From the NCBI GenBank assembly GCA_024704765.1, contig JAKMXF010000210.1:124001-188000 (forward strand): a stretch of DNA of 64,000 nt. Direction: 5' to 3'. The DNA comes from Oopsacas minuta (Eukaryota; Animalia; Porifera). The translations under genes were made by a program, and so were the position numbers. Positions 10,384 to 22,469 of this stretch are shown in pieces. The stretch's first letter is position 1, and each line of letters begins with the position of its first letter. The notes beneath the pieces are model-generated. The model was not told the origin of the DNA. It saw only the letters and a program-made list of their open reading frames with translations, and made no database searches.

Positions 10384-11484
10384 ATGCACAGAGAGGACGA
10401 ATTGCCTTCCCCTCTGCCCCCTCTTCCGGATTTCAACCCCAAACGTCACAAATCCGATCCATTTGATATATCATCTCGTCCTTCTACAGCCTTATCCAAC
10501 AATTCTGATGTTACCATTAATGAATATGATAATCCTCAACCTGACATATCTCTTGAACATATAACTGATGAGGGATTAGATAACTTACTTCCTCAAGGTT
10601 GGTCAAAACGTACAGACTTACGTACCGGTATGACCTACTATGAGAACCACTGGACATTATCCACAACCTGGGCTGATCCCCGTACTCTAAACCCTTCTAT
10701 CCTGTCTGAACACGACTGGTCACAACCAGCTCTGGGCTGGAACATGTTACAAGATGAACAGGCACAGTATTATTGGGTACATCATGATTCTCAGACCAGC
10801 TCCTGGTCAGGGCCTCGTGAGCGTAGAGTTAGGAAACTCCTGAATATTCTGAAAGATAGATATATCCAGGAGGATAAAGTATTGAGATCTGGTAGAGATA
10901 AAATTCAAGAGTTAAGAAGTGAAATACTTAAGCTATTAGCTAGCAACGCTTCTGATGAAAATGTATTCTCTATCAATGATAAGCTGGAACTTGAATGTAA
11001 ACTTGTTGAAAAGTTGGGAGAGAGACTAGAGTTTTTTCAAACTCTGATGGAAGAGACAGTCGATGAACTGACTGGAGTTAAAAATCAGGGAATAAGATCA
11101 TCAGAGATATCACGTGCACTACACGAGGCATTTTTAGAATCTCACTTTCTATACACGAGTCAACATAAACTTATATTTGATTCTGAGCTCAACTTTTCAG
11201 ATATTCCACCAGTGTATGATCTCCCTGTAGATAAAGTGCAGGTTATACACCTGCTACCTGACTGCTTAACTCCTAAGACTTCTTTAGAGATGAGTCTTGA
11301 GCTGAGATTGTTACAACATTATAACGAGCTCATTAAATCTCAATTGAACAAATTGGTAGAGAGGTTAGAATTAGAGGATGTTGGTTTAGATGGACAACTT
11401 GAAGGATTTGAACTTAGACCTGTATATCTTGAGCTTATTGGAGCTGGATATGAGGAGTTAATAGATAGATTCTTGCTAAACTAG
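10384..11484 (+). CDS. Tandem-WW plus coiled-coil protein, KIBRA/WWC-like but short (no C2 domain)
   Basis: WW1 LPQGWSKRTD...YYENH...TTWADP; WW2 LGWNMLQDE..YYWVHH..TSSWSGP followed by the helix RKLLNILKDRY. Confidence 0.6.
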   Translation: MHREDELPSPLPPLPDFNPKRHKSDPFDISSRPSTALSNNSDVTINEYDNPQPDISLEHITDEGLDNLLPQGWSKRTDLRTGMTYYENHWTLSTTWADPRTLNPSILSEHDWSQPALGWNMLQDEQAQYYWVHHDSQTSSWSGPRERRVRKLLNILKDRYIQEDKVLRSGRDKIQELRSEILKLLASNASDENVFSINDKLELECKLVEKLGERLEFFQTLMEETVDELTGVKNQGIRSSEISRALHEAFLESHFLYTSQHKLIFDSELNFSDIPPVYDLPVDKVQVIHLLPDCLTPKTSLEMSLELRLLQHYNELIKSQLNKLVERLELEDVGLDGQLEGFELRPVYLELIGAGYEELIDRFLLN

Positions 11485-11568
11485 AATTTTTACCATATAT
11501 CTCTTTAAAATCTATAATTATTTTTCACTTTTAGGTTACCATATATTTCACAATATTTAGCTACGATT

Positions 11569-12612
11569 ATGTCAGCTGACGAGTGTCTCTGGCTTGGGTA
11601 CATAGGTGTAAAGACTCCAATGAGTTCTTCTCTCACCCCTAAAGGTATACCCACACAGTCATTCATTGGTGGGAATGAACTTGTTTCTCTTCACGAATCA
11701 CATCTTAACCAACCTCCAACCTGCACAATCTGTGATAGCGATCTTCTACTGATCATTCAGCTGTATTGGCCATTGTATGATTCTTCATATCATAGATTAT
11801 TCCATGTATTTGCTTGTAGGAATAATTCTTGTTGGAATAATTCAGCTAGTTGGGTTGTTTTACGTTCTCTATCAAAGGATTTTAGTTATGAAACTGTTAT
11901 TTCAGAGCCAAGCAAGCCTTTATTCGAAGTAGCTGAATGGGATGAGCCTCTTGATGAGGTAGAGGTGATAAAAACCGCAGAATCTCAATCCTCTCAAATT
12001 TCGCAGACACAAGAAGGTGCAAACTTGTTACCAAGTAAACTCTCAGACCTCTCAATTCAGTCAAAATCTAATATAAGAAAACTTCTGGTTGCAATTGACA
12101 GTTTCATGCTGGAATACATAGAGTATAATAATATTCCTGTAGCTAATGAGGATAATACTCATGAGTTGAGTTTGTATAACGAATACTTGAAATCTGGTGG
12201 TGAGGAATTGAGTGTTTGTAGTGCTGTTGATGATTTAGAAGAAACTGATGTGTTTAAGGATAAAACAGCTGAGAACTTCTACCAACAGATAGGCATGTTC
12301 CCCTCCCAAGTTGTCCGTTATCAGAGAGGAGGGGAGCCATTGTGGGCGTCTGACAAATTTGTTTTAAATTTGAGTTTGATTCCTAATTGTGAATCTTGTG
12401 GGAGTAAACGAACTTTTGAATTCCAGCTGTTACCAACTTTAGTTGATTATTTGAAGATTAAAGGAAATACAGCTGTTGAATTTGGAAATTTGTTAGTATT
12501 CACATGTGCTGCAAATTGTTGGAAAGATAGTGATGCTAGCTTCAAGACAGAATATGTTATAGTACAACCTGATCCTGATATACACGGGAGTATGCCTGTT
12601 AAGCCAATTTAG
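11569..12612 (+). CDS. PDCD2L: Programmed cell death protein 2-like
   Basis: FIGG...PTCTICDSDLLLIIQLYWP...HRLFHVFACRNNSC; QVVRYQRGGEPLW; CESCGSKRTFEFQLLP; EFGNLLVFTC. Confidence 0.88.
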   Translation: MSADECLWLGYIGVKTPMSSSLTPKGIPTQSFIGGNELVSLHESHLNQPPTCTICDSDLLLIIQLYWPLYDSSYHRLFHVFACRNNSCWNNSASWVVLRSLSKDFSYETVISEPSKPLFEVAEWDEPLDEVEVIKTAESQSSQISQTQEGANLLPSKLSDLSIQSKSNIRKLLVAIDSFMLEYIEYNNIPVANEDNTHELSLYNEYLKSGGEELSVCSAVDDLEETDVFKDKTAENFYQQIGMFPSQVVRYQRGGEPLWASDKFVLNLSLIPNCESCGSKRTFEFQLLPTLVDYLKIKGNTAVEFGNLLVFTCAANCWKDSDASFKTEYVIVQPDPDIHGSMPVKPI

Positions 12613-12694
12613 TTAGAATTATATATTGCATGTAATTTGTATGTATAATTCTACGTAATTGCTTGATGTAGATTAATTTGTATATTTCTAGCAG

Positions 12695-15600
12695 ATGACT
12701 AGCTATCCTTCTAATCACCCTATGGCTAGCCACCAGATGTACCATCCTAACATTATACCATCAGGGATCCCAGGTCCTATGGGACAGATGCCATCAAGTA
12801 CTCCCATGCACCCTATAAGTGCTCTACACACCCCTGTTGGTACAATTGGATCCATGAGCAGTACACCAATGGAAGTAGTGCCAGCTGACTCAATGCAACA
12901 AATATCAGAAGATATTGCTATGTCTCAACCTGTTGTAGAGTCAATGGAAGAATTGAGAGTAAAGTATAAGCAGGAATTGATACGATTAGAAGTAAGCTAC
13001 TTTTCTGTAAAATACAAATTCTATTCTTTATTTGTAATTATATTTACTAGGAAATTTTGGCTAATCGCTTCTCAGTAGATGACTGTTCTTCTTTGATTGC
13101 AGCTGGTCTCGGGGCTACGATTATATATCCAACTCCACACACATCTCTGGAAGATTTTGAGAAGAAATTGATTGAATTTTTTCAAACACAAGTTAATACA
13201 AAAGCTCAGTCAGGTCAAGTTCTCCTACAAGATTACTTGAACTTTATAACTAAGCAGAGAGGTCAGCAGAGAGTAAGTTATAATATTCTACAGGTATATC
13301 GACCAACAATTTATTTCATATTTATAGGTGAACTATCTATTCAGTTTGCTTATCACTATGATAACTAAACACGGTATTCTTAACTTCTCAATGGTGTATA
13401 TATCTGTATTAGAGTTATACAGCTTACAGCTACCACTATTCATACAAGAAGGACTCAAATTCGTTCACAAGTAAGCTTTACTCCTATATATTTCTGCTAT
13501 TTGTATTTATATGCAGTTCTTATAGGCTTCTACCTACTCTTGATTATCATGCATGTAGAGTGGTTATCACTCAGCTATTGATTTTCTTAGAGAAGTGCCC
13601 CACGAAAATAGCATCTCCTCTCAGCGCTGCTGATAGTAGCAACAGGAATGGTAACAAGGAATGTCCTCCATCTAACTATCTTACTCCAAGAGATCTACAA
13701 TTGCTTCATAGCGTGAGAGATCTGCTCAAATACATGCTAGATAGAAAATCTGCTCTCCTCCCAGTATATCTAGCTCTAGATGATATCGAATTGAGGTACT
13801 TGAATTTATTATATAAATCTCTTAATACTATAATTATTCGTTTTTTAATTACTCTAAGATATCCATTCAAATCTGGGAGTTACACGGGACCACAACCTCA
13901 TTGGATAATATCAGATCTCCTCTCGTCATTCAGAGATAGTTTCTCAGGTGTAGCTCGTCTCATAACAATGCCTATTAGCCATAGACTGCTACCAGCTGTT
14001 GGTATATCATTTATGTACGGTGTAGTTTGGCAGTTTGATGATGAGCTTACTTTATGTCCTAAAGTACCAAAAGATACTGGTAGAAAGGTTAACCAGATTC
14101 TTCCTTTCTCTGCGGAAGTTAACAAGAAGAGATTTGACTTGCTACTACACATTGCTTCTCAGTCTATATGTCCTGAACCTGTGTTACCACAGTTATACGG
14201 TATGCCTCGCATGCCTTTAAGACAGGTACGTTGCTAGGGGTTATTTGTATAAATTTATTCTCTCAGAATGTTTTGAGATGTTTTATTAATGGATAAAAAC
14301 CTGAATATTCAGGAAGTTTTGGAAAATCTCAGGGAATTCATTAGGGGACTGGGGTAAGTATCTTATATGTATGAGTTTCTGCTTAGGCGACTACACCAGA
14401 ACAACAAGCACTATACAATCAAGTTAATATGATTCTGTGTACCCAGATAGCTGTTAATCTGTTGAGAAACTGTAGAGACGGTTTGTTAAATATTCCAGAG
14501 CGTAGACTCTGGAGCTATCAACAGGCTAATGGTCTCTGTATGAGCTATTTGCTGAAGTTTATCAGTCATCGTCACTTCCCAATGAATACATTTTACTACC
14601 TCCTCTACAAGCTCTTAGTTAAGGAAGAGCTTAGAGATGGGAGAGATGCTCTTATGTACTTTTTTGTACAGGTACGAATACATTTATTCAGTGGAACTTC
14701 GTTAATACGAACTTTCCAGCTACAAATCTTACAGAAGACAAGTGTTAAATCTAATATTCGAATCATTTTGTATATATTCCACCTCCCAGCGAGCTAGACA
14801 AACATAAATACTGTAATGCATACTGATAACATAGGACTTGAAATTTATATTTCCTCTATGGAAATTCGTATTAACGAGAGTCTATTGGTATGTATTGAAT
14901 AATTGAATAATCACACGAAAACACGTATAATGTATATCTAACACCCAATAGTCAATGTCTCTAATCTTCCGCCCTACAGAAGACCCTCTACAACCTGTAG
15001 ACATGATGCTAGCTATATTTGATCATCTCTATCCAGATTCTGATCCATTACCTATACCTGATATTTCAGATCCTCTATACGTATACAAATTCTCTCCTTC
15101 CTTCTTCTGGATGCATTTATACCTGAAAATGTTAGACTTTTCTGAGGTAATTAGTTGATAAAATTATTTTGATAATATTGTACGAAAATTATATATTTTC
15201 TTCAGAAAAAGAAAACATTAGGATCTTCTGGAGCTCCTTACAAGTTCTCACGTCCAATGCCTCGTGTACTAAAGTTACAAATAGATCATCTACATACACT
15301 CAGTACTCAACACAATCCGGCTACACTATCCTGTCAGGAACTGATTGTGATGAGTAACGCTTTACCTCCACACATTCAAACTCAGAGTCTACTAGATCCT
15401 GGTCTTAAGCTAGCACAGGATCAGCTGAGAGAATGTCTAAACGGACTTGCTAATCAGCGTCCCCCTAGTATCCCATTATTAAGCTGTCTTAACCTTAATT
15501 GTAAGGTGGATACTATTGTTAAAGATATGGTATCTCTTGTACATGATCCTCAACACAGTGATAGGAGACCACTTGGTAGGTATTATGCGAACTTTAAAAA

Positions 15601-18600
15601 TAAGCTAATCCTGATAATTACTTGTGAATTGGCAGATAATTTACCGGAAATAGTAAAACAACTCTCATGTCATGTTTCAAAAGCTGGAAAATCTCAATTT
15701 TGGGTATTTTATATTATTGCTTGTTTCTAGAAGTAAATGGTAGAGGATTGATAATCCACACTTTTTTCAGTCTGTTTCACAATGCAGACTTAGATTTAGC
15801 TGGATATAGGGTCATGACTAAGTCACCAGTTGATGTAATCAAGAAACACGTTTATAATATTAATACTTGCTGGCTGGAGATGGTTAACAACAGACTGCCA
15901 ATTCATGTGACTAATGCTCTCAAGCATCAGCTCTTGGTTATGATTACACAATATCTCAAATCTTGTCCTACAGAGGTAAATACTAAAATCCATTGTAAAT
16001 TCGTGGAAATTTTTGATAAATATTTTTTGCGATTAATTTCGAATATATTGGTAGTTACATAATACCATAATACAATACTCGATTATTTTAATCTCTAGTT
16101 TTCTGAGTTCGTGATAAGCTGTATTAACTCTTCATAATTTATCATTCCATCACCACTGTGTCAGCATATTCTATCATCTCTGCTATTTCTCTCTCTTCTG
16201 TTCCGTTTACCAGATTTAATTGTGCGTGCAATAATTCCTTGTTCTTTATTACCCCGTCGTTATCTGGGTTAAATATCCTAAATGCATTTCTGATCTCTGC
16301 TTTACGTTTCATCCTTGGCATCACGGTAAGAAATTCCTCAAAATCAATTTCACCGTTTCCATCTAAATCTATTTCTCTTATTTCCTTTTCAAGGTCTTCA
16401 TCTGATCCTTGCTGTCCTAATGACTCCATCACAGTTCTTAGTTCAACAACTGTGATACTACCATCATCATCTTTGTCAAATACTGCGAATGCGTTTTTGT
16501 ATTCTAAAATTTCCTCTTTGGTTAATTCTTCTACCATCTCAATCGCTGTCTACATGTTTAAATATTTTCTCATATAAATACAAATCTGTAATGACTAATC
16601 TCTTTCACACCTACCTATCATCCTATTATACCTCTTATTTGCTGTTTTGTCTATTTTATAATTAAAAGAATCTAAGTATAATGATGACTGCATATTATAC
16701 TTCTGAATACTCAGCATATTAAACGATTACATTTATTGCATTTATAAGCACCGCAGTTTTCACATATTCTGAGCTGTTTGTGTTTCAATACTTTCTCCAT
16801 TATTATCTCTCTTGTCAGATACAGAACTACCTCTACTTACTGCTAGAAAACACAGCTTTGAAATTAATCATTGGATTAGATGGACAATACTTTATCCACT
16901 ATATGGGTAGCAAACAGCCCTCTCATCCAATTGACTCTGAGTTTGAAGAGTTGAATAAAGTATTTATTTTAAAACTAGCTCAAACTATACATACACGGGG
17001 AATAGATCCTGGATTATGGGATGATTATCTTGAATGTGACGTGAAATCTTGTCCACATTTCTGGCCAAGCCACACCCTTAGATGTTTTCCATCACAACTT
17101 CAAGATTTCTATGAAAGAACACAAATACAGAAACCAATAGGGACAGAAGAAATGCAGTTATTACAAATGCATGTAAGTATATACTTAAATTGAAACTTTG
17201 ATGTTTATTGTATTATTTTTAGGTCTCAGAGGATTCTCATAGATTGTTTAGTAGCATGAATGTAACTGATGTAAACATAGTGAGCTACTACTCACTTTCT
17301 GAATCTCATCCTACTCTCCTATGTCTCACGTGGGATGTGATTATGGAGAAAAGCAAGCTGTCACACTCTTTTATAAAGGCTAGTTTCTTAATTCCAAAAA
17401 AAGTAACTTAGTTTTATTATATTACCCACGTAACTTTTTAGGCGTTTATTACTCTCGGACAGCGTGGACTTATGAGACACATGCGCGGATTCATTGACTA
17501 TATTGTTTTAAAACTCTGTCAAGAGAAAGACAAGATAAATCGCTACATTGAAGTGCTGGACTACTTAATATGGACATACAATCTGTTCCCACTAGAGAAA
17601 ATTATCCTTGTGATGGCAATGAAGAATTATGAAGGTGAGCAGCTACACACCTGCTACAGACTGATGCAACTGTTACTATTGGTACCATCTAACTTCAGAT
17701 TCAGACTTAAAGAATTCCTAAACTCAGATAATTCTCCTTCTTACTGGTCACAACCAGAACAACTGAATGATCATCTAGAGTATCATGCTGATAAGCCGGA
17801 GTACTTTAACTTTGAGGGATTGAGAGCTGGAACATCAGGTAAAAGTCGGGAAAATGTTAGTATTTTGAGAGTAAAAAAAGTGAAAAATTTCGAATTTTGT
17901 ATGGAATTGTGTAAACATCGCTAAAATTTAGTGTTTCAATTCATTACGATTGTAAAACTTCGACCGTAATTGGTTAATGGAGAGCTTATTCTGTGATTTG
18001 CTTGTAAAATTCATTACAATAAATTAATAATTTAATATTTACAAACACTATACGTATATTAGGTGAAGAAATGCCCAAACCTCTCCCTCCATTCTGTGGC
18101 AATGTACTCACCCGATTCCTGCCTGTGATTGATATAGTAGTACATAGATTGATAGAAGTACCTCCTGATGCAGCTAAGAGTTTAGACAATCTTATTCTTC
18201 AGATCAGTCCTCTCTATAAGTACCACCCAAAGCCTATAATGTTCTTATACACAACATTACACTACTATGAAGCTAATCTCGTTAATAGACCACTGCTACG
18301 TGCTAACCTTGTCTACACTATTCTTAACTCTCTTAACAGCATACATACTGCTACCTGGTACTTCACACGAGAGTTTGTTGACTATCTGGTTTCTAAGGAG
18401 GGAGCAGCTGATGGTATTAGTATGAACCCTAGAGATGAACCAGAGATTTCTCTCCCAGCTGACTACTGGAGTAGATTGCTACAGAGCATTAAAGAGGCAG
18501 TATATGATCCTCTTAAGTGTGACTGCTGGACTGATTGGAGGTTTTCTGAATTCCAGAGTCCAGCTGCTAAATTCTTGACTTGTATATCTGTTGAGATTCT

Positions 18601-19463
18601 AACATTACACAATTCTCCTGCAGAAGTTAGTAGCATTTTATACGTGAATATATTTCATTGTATTCTCGTATTTATTGCTGTTATTCTATACAGATAAGTA
18701 AAAACATACTGAGAGTAGTGCTAGATACTTCCAAACAATCTATACAGGTTTATGACACAGAAGAAGAGGTGAGTAAACTGATTAATGCAGTAGGTCTACT
18801 CATGAGTATGTTACCTACTTCCTATCACGAAGTACTCTATGCAGAAGTACTACACGCCCTGGAGAATATAGAAGATATAGTAGCTATACAGGGATTAGCT
18901 GCTGGTAACCATAGTGACATCAGTGTTCCTGTACCTGCTATTAGTCTGTCTGCTTTCTCTGTTATTGTTGGTCAAAATGGTTACATTGGTGAGATTATTA
19001 CAATAACTTTACAAGATTAGATTTCTAGTTTACTGTGTTTTCTATTATTATAGGTCGTGTCCTTGCACTAATGCATTCCTTCTGGACTCATTCAAATGTA
19101 GGGTTGCTATATCCAATACAGAATTGGTTGTTAACAGTAGTTAAACCAATCGTACAGACTGAAAATCAGCTGATATTTATGTTACAGCTGATCTACCCGC
19201 TTAGTCCTCGTCTCTATATCGAGAAGCGTCGTCACTTCTTGAGTTTAGTTCAGATTATTTACAGTTTTGTAAAGCAGGTAGATTCACGTAATGATAATCT
19301 CTTCTATGCTGATACCATATGTGACGTACTGTATCATATAAAATATGTTTATCTGGGTAATGCGAATAAAGATGAAATTGGTAAGATCGTGTCTTCTCTA
19401 CAACCTCCTCTACAAGCTAGATTGCGCTTTTTAACAGGAGGTGAACCACATACAGTTATTTGA
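12695..19463 (+). CDS. MED23: Mediator subunit 23; exons 12695-12991, 13051-13272, 13328-13470, 13517-13795, 13859-14225, 14387-14671, 14952-15146, 15206-15975 (frame break near 15674-15730), 16819-17172, 17223-17378, 17442-17838, 18063-18625, 18694-18988, 19054-19463
   Basis: LLPVYLAL..PHWIISDLL; GRDALM; FWPSHTLRCFP; GNVLTRFLPVIDIVVHRLIE..LYKYHPKP..LYTTLHYYE; LQARLRFL; splice phases checked by hand. Confidence 0.92.
14689..14887. mobile_element. pogo/Tigger-like MITE in a MED23 intron; same family as 5196, opposite orientation
   Basis: CAGTGGAACTTCGTTAATACGAA ... TTCGTATTAACGAGAGTCTATTG. Confidence 0.75.
16095..16537 (-). pseudogene. Intronless calmodulin-like gene nested antisense in MED23 intron 15976-16818; 1-nt deletion in EF-hand 4
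   Basis: EF loops DKDDDGSITVVE, DLDGNGEIDFEE and NPDNDGVIKNKE; restoring one A between 16156 and 16155 gives DTDGDGMINYEELIQLITNSEN*. Confidence 0.8.
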
Positions 19464-19663
19464 TTATTTCTCATCTGATATTAGCAACATCATCTCAGCT
19501 ATAAGGAAAATGTGTAGAATCATTTTTCCAAAATATTTTGTATTGGAAAATATAAGTGAGAATTTTGATTAACTTTTGAGGTTTGTTGACAATTCAATAT
19601 TATGAATCTCTAATTTCATATCTTTTGCTAACATATTTATTTCCATAAATTTATTCCTTTATG

Positions 19664-19703
19664 ATTATTATTATTAGTATTATTGTTATTATTATTGTCA
19701 TTA
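19664..19703. repeat. Degenerate (ATT)n microsatellite
   Basis: attattattattagtattattgttattattattgtcatt. Confidence 0.7.
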
Positions 19704-19718
19704 TGTGTATCAGCATAG

Positions 19719-22070
19719 ATGTCTTTAGGATATAGCTCTCGTCATGAAGACAATCTTGAGGAATTATTTGCTCTCCCAAGATCTGCAACTGCCTCAGTTG
19801 AAGACCATGGATTTTCTAGTCTCAAAACTGATGAATTTGGTGCTAAAGATCATTCACAGAGTTTGCAAATGAAAGACGACCACAAATGTCGACCTCTTTG
19901 GATTTCTCCAGACGGACATATTTTTCTGGAAACCTTTTCTCCAGTTTACAAACAAACACAAGATTTTCTAATAACAATTTCAGAGCCAGAAGGCAGACCT
20001 CAGTTCATTCACGAATTCAAATTAACTCCTTACAGCTTGTATGCAGCTGTATCAGTTGGTTTAAACACTAAAGATATAATAGATTATCTTGGCCGTCTCT
20101 GTAAACACAATCTTCCTACTTCAATTGTCAAATTCATAGAAGAGTGTACGATGAGCTTTGGTAAGGTTAAATTAGTTCTGAAACACAATCAGTATTTCGT
20201 AGAGAGTGAACACGGAGAGATAATGCAGAAGTTATTAGCAGATAATATTATCAGCGGTACTCGTAAGCGAATAGAAACAGAAGCTGATTTTAAGGAGGCA
20301 ACAGATAGAATAATATTCAAAAAGACAGCTCGTGTAGATGTGGTAGTGAGAGCAGCTCAGATACAGGACCAAACAGTACCAATGGAAACTGATAATACTG
20401 CAATACCTTCTGATATAAAATCGTATCTGGATAATGTAGATGATGATGATGAAGATGACGATCCTAATACAGAGGTATTCTCTTATGAGGTTAAGCAGGA
20501 ACATCTAGAAGATTTACAGAGGAGATGTAATGAACTTGAGTACCCTCTCCTCGCTGAGTATGAATTCAGACATGATACAGAAAATATTTCTATTCCCATT
20601 GATCTTAAGCCTACTACAGTACTACGTCCATATCAGGAGAAAAGTCTTAGAAAAATGTTCGGTAACGGGAGAGCTCGATCAGGAGTTATTGTCTTACCTT
20701 GTGGAGCTGGTAAGACACTAGTTGGCATTACAGCTACTTGTACTATTAAAAAGGCAGCAATGATTCTATGTACATCTGCTGTAGCAGTAGAGCAATGGAA
20801 AACTGAATTCTGCAGATGGTCTACCATACCTCGGGAGAGGATTGGATGTCTTGTGTCTGGACAGAAAGATGACATAGAAAAGGCTTACATTGTAATCAGT
20901 ACATACTCTATGGTATCATACACACAACAGAGATCTTATATTACTGAGGCTGCAATGAAGAATCTACAGACAAGAGAATGGGGATTAATGGTACTAGATG
21001 AAGTACAGACTATACCAGCTGATAAATTTCGCAGAGTTCTATCAGCTGTTCGTGCTCATTGCAAACTAGGACTGACTGCTACTCTTGTACGAGAAGATGA
21101 TAAAATACAAGATTTGAATTTTCTTATTGGACCTAAATTATATGAAGCTAATTGGATGGAGTTACAAGGTAAAGGATATATAGCTTATGTCCGTTGTATA
21201 GAAATATGGTGCAAAATGACTGCAGAGTTCTATGCTGAGTATTTACGTACACCTAGACGTAGGAGAAAGCTGTTATATGTCATGAATCCGAATAAATACA
21301 GGACTTGTCAATATCTAGTGAGACATCACCAATCCCGTATGGATAAAATAATTGTATTTTCTGATAATCTATTTGCTCTGAGGAATTATGCGATTACCCT
21401 CGGTAAGCCTTTTATTGACGGAGATACGCCTCAATCTGAGCGACTTAATATCCTAGCAAACTTTAAGAGAAGACCTGATTTGAATTGTATTTTCATTAGT
21501 AAAGTAGGGGATAATTCATTTGATATTCCAGATGCTAACGTGTTGATACAGATATCTGCTCATGGGGGATCTAGAAGACAGGAGGCTCAGAGGTTGGGCA
21601 GAATCCTAAGAGCTAAGAAGGATAATGTTACTGAAGGGTATAACGCTTATTTCTATACTCTAATCAGTCAGGACACGGAAGAGATGTATTTCTCTACAAA
21701 ACGACAGCAGTTTCTTGTAAACCAAGGATATAGTTTTGAGGTTATTTCTAATCTGGTTTTGGATGTTGAATACAATCTCAATTTCTCTTCCAAAAAAGAA
21801 CAAGCTCAGCTGCTTCAGAAAGTTCTAGAAACGACTGATTCTGATCATGACACTGAAAACCCTACCTCTCATTTTGGAGGGGGACCAGGACATGCGAAAT
21901 CCTCACTAGGTAGAGGAGGATATTCGGGTGGGAGAGATAACTATACGAAGAGTTCTCATTCTCTCGCTGCGTTGTCTGGTGGAGATGATATGACTTATTT
22001 AGAATATTCAAGCCCGGCTACTCATAATAAGAAACATCAACATCCATTATTTAATCTGAGGAGAAAATAG
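19719..22070 (+). CDS. ERCC3: TFIIH helicase XPB (intronless)
   Basis: RPLWISPDGHIFLETFSP, LRPYQEKSL, GVIVLPCGAGKT, DEVQ, AQRLGRILRAK. Confidence 0.97.
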   Translation: MSLGYSSRHEDNLEELFALPRSATASVEDHGFSSLKTDEFGAKDHSQSLQMKDDHKCRPLWISPDGHIFLETFSPVYKQTQDFLITISEPEGRPQFIHEFKLTPYSLYAAVSVGLNTKDIIDYLGRLCKHNLPTSIVKFIEECTMSFGKVKLVLKHNQYFVESEHGEIMQKLLADNIISGTRKRIETEADFKEATDRIIFKKTARVDVVVRAAQIQDQTVPMETDNTAIPSDIKSYLDNVDDDDEDDDPNTEVFSYEVKQEHLEDLQRRCNELEYPLLAEYEFRHDTENISIPIDLKPTTVLRPYQEKSLRKMFGNGRARSGVIVLPCGAGKTLVGITATCTIKKAAMILCTSAVAVEQWKTEFCRWSTIPRERIGCLVSGQKDDIEKAYIVISTYSMVSYTQQRSYITEAAMKNLQTREWGLMVLDEVQTIPADKFRRVLSAVRAHCKLGLTATLVREDDKIQDLNFLIGPKLYEANWMELQGKGYIAYVRCIEIWCKMTAEFYAEYLRTPRRRRKLLYVMNPNKYRTCQYLVRHHQSRMDKIIVFSDNLFALRNYAITLGKPFIDGDTPQSERLNILANFKRRPDLNCIFISKVGDNSFDIPDANVLIQISAHGGSRRQEAQRLGRILRAKKDNVTEGYNAYFYTLISQDTEEMYFSTKRQQFLVNQGYSFEVISNLVLDVEYNLNFSSKKEQAQLLQKVLETTDSDHDTENPTSHFGGGPGHAKSSLGRGGYSGGRDNYTKSSHSLAALSGGDDMTYLEYSSPATHNKKHQHPLFNLRRK

Positions 22071-22469
22071 GTTTCAATTTAATGATTTGTTATGGCAGAA
22101 TTAACTGTATCATAATACATTTAAGAAAATCAACATTTGAATGGCTATTTTATCCTGATTAGTAAAATTGGAATTATAATAATTTTGCATTTAGCATTAC
22201 GTATTATCAAATGTAAATATCCGTTTTATATAGAATAATCCAAATAGGTAGGAATAGTCACTTGTAATTACATTACATTACGCCCAATTATATCGAAGTA
22301 ATATCGTGGTGCATTTTGTTCCGTTGTTAACTATTTTTTATTATTTTGAGATTTTTATTCATTTCATTCATCCATCTCCAGTCAATCAAATATTTTAAAT
22401 TTAATATATATTTATTGTCAGTATATATAGTATTACATTTAGCAATGTTTAAAATTCTTTGAGTTGTAA

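Noticed and set aside
14267-14353. 87-nt cassette with good splice sites (TCTCAG|...|GTAAGT) inside a MED23 intron, resembling a poison exon
   Set aside because: It would leave flanking introns of 41 and 33 nt, below the local norm; the sequence looks like a repeat relic; no support without RNA data
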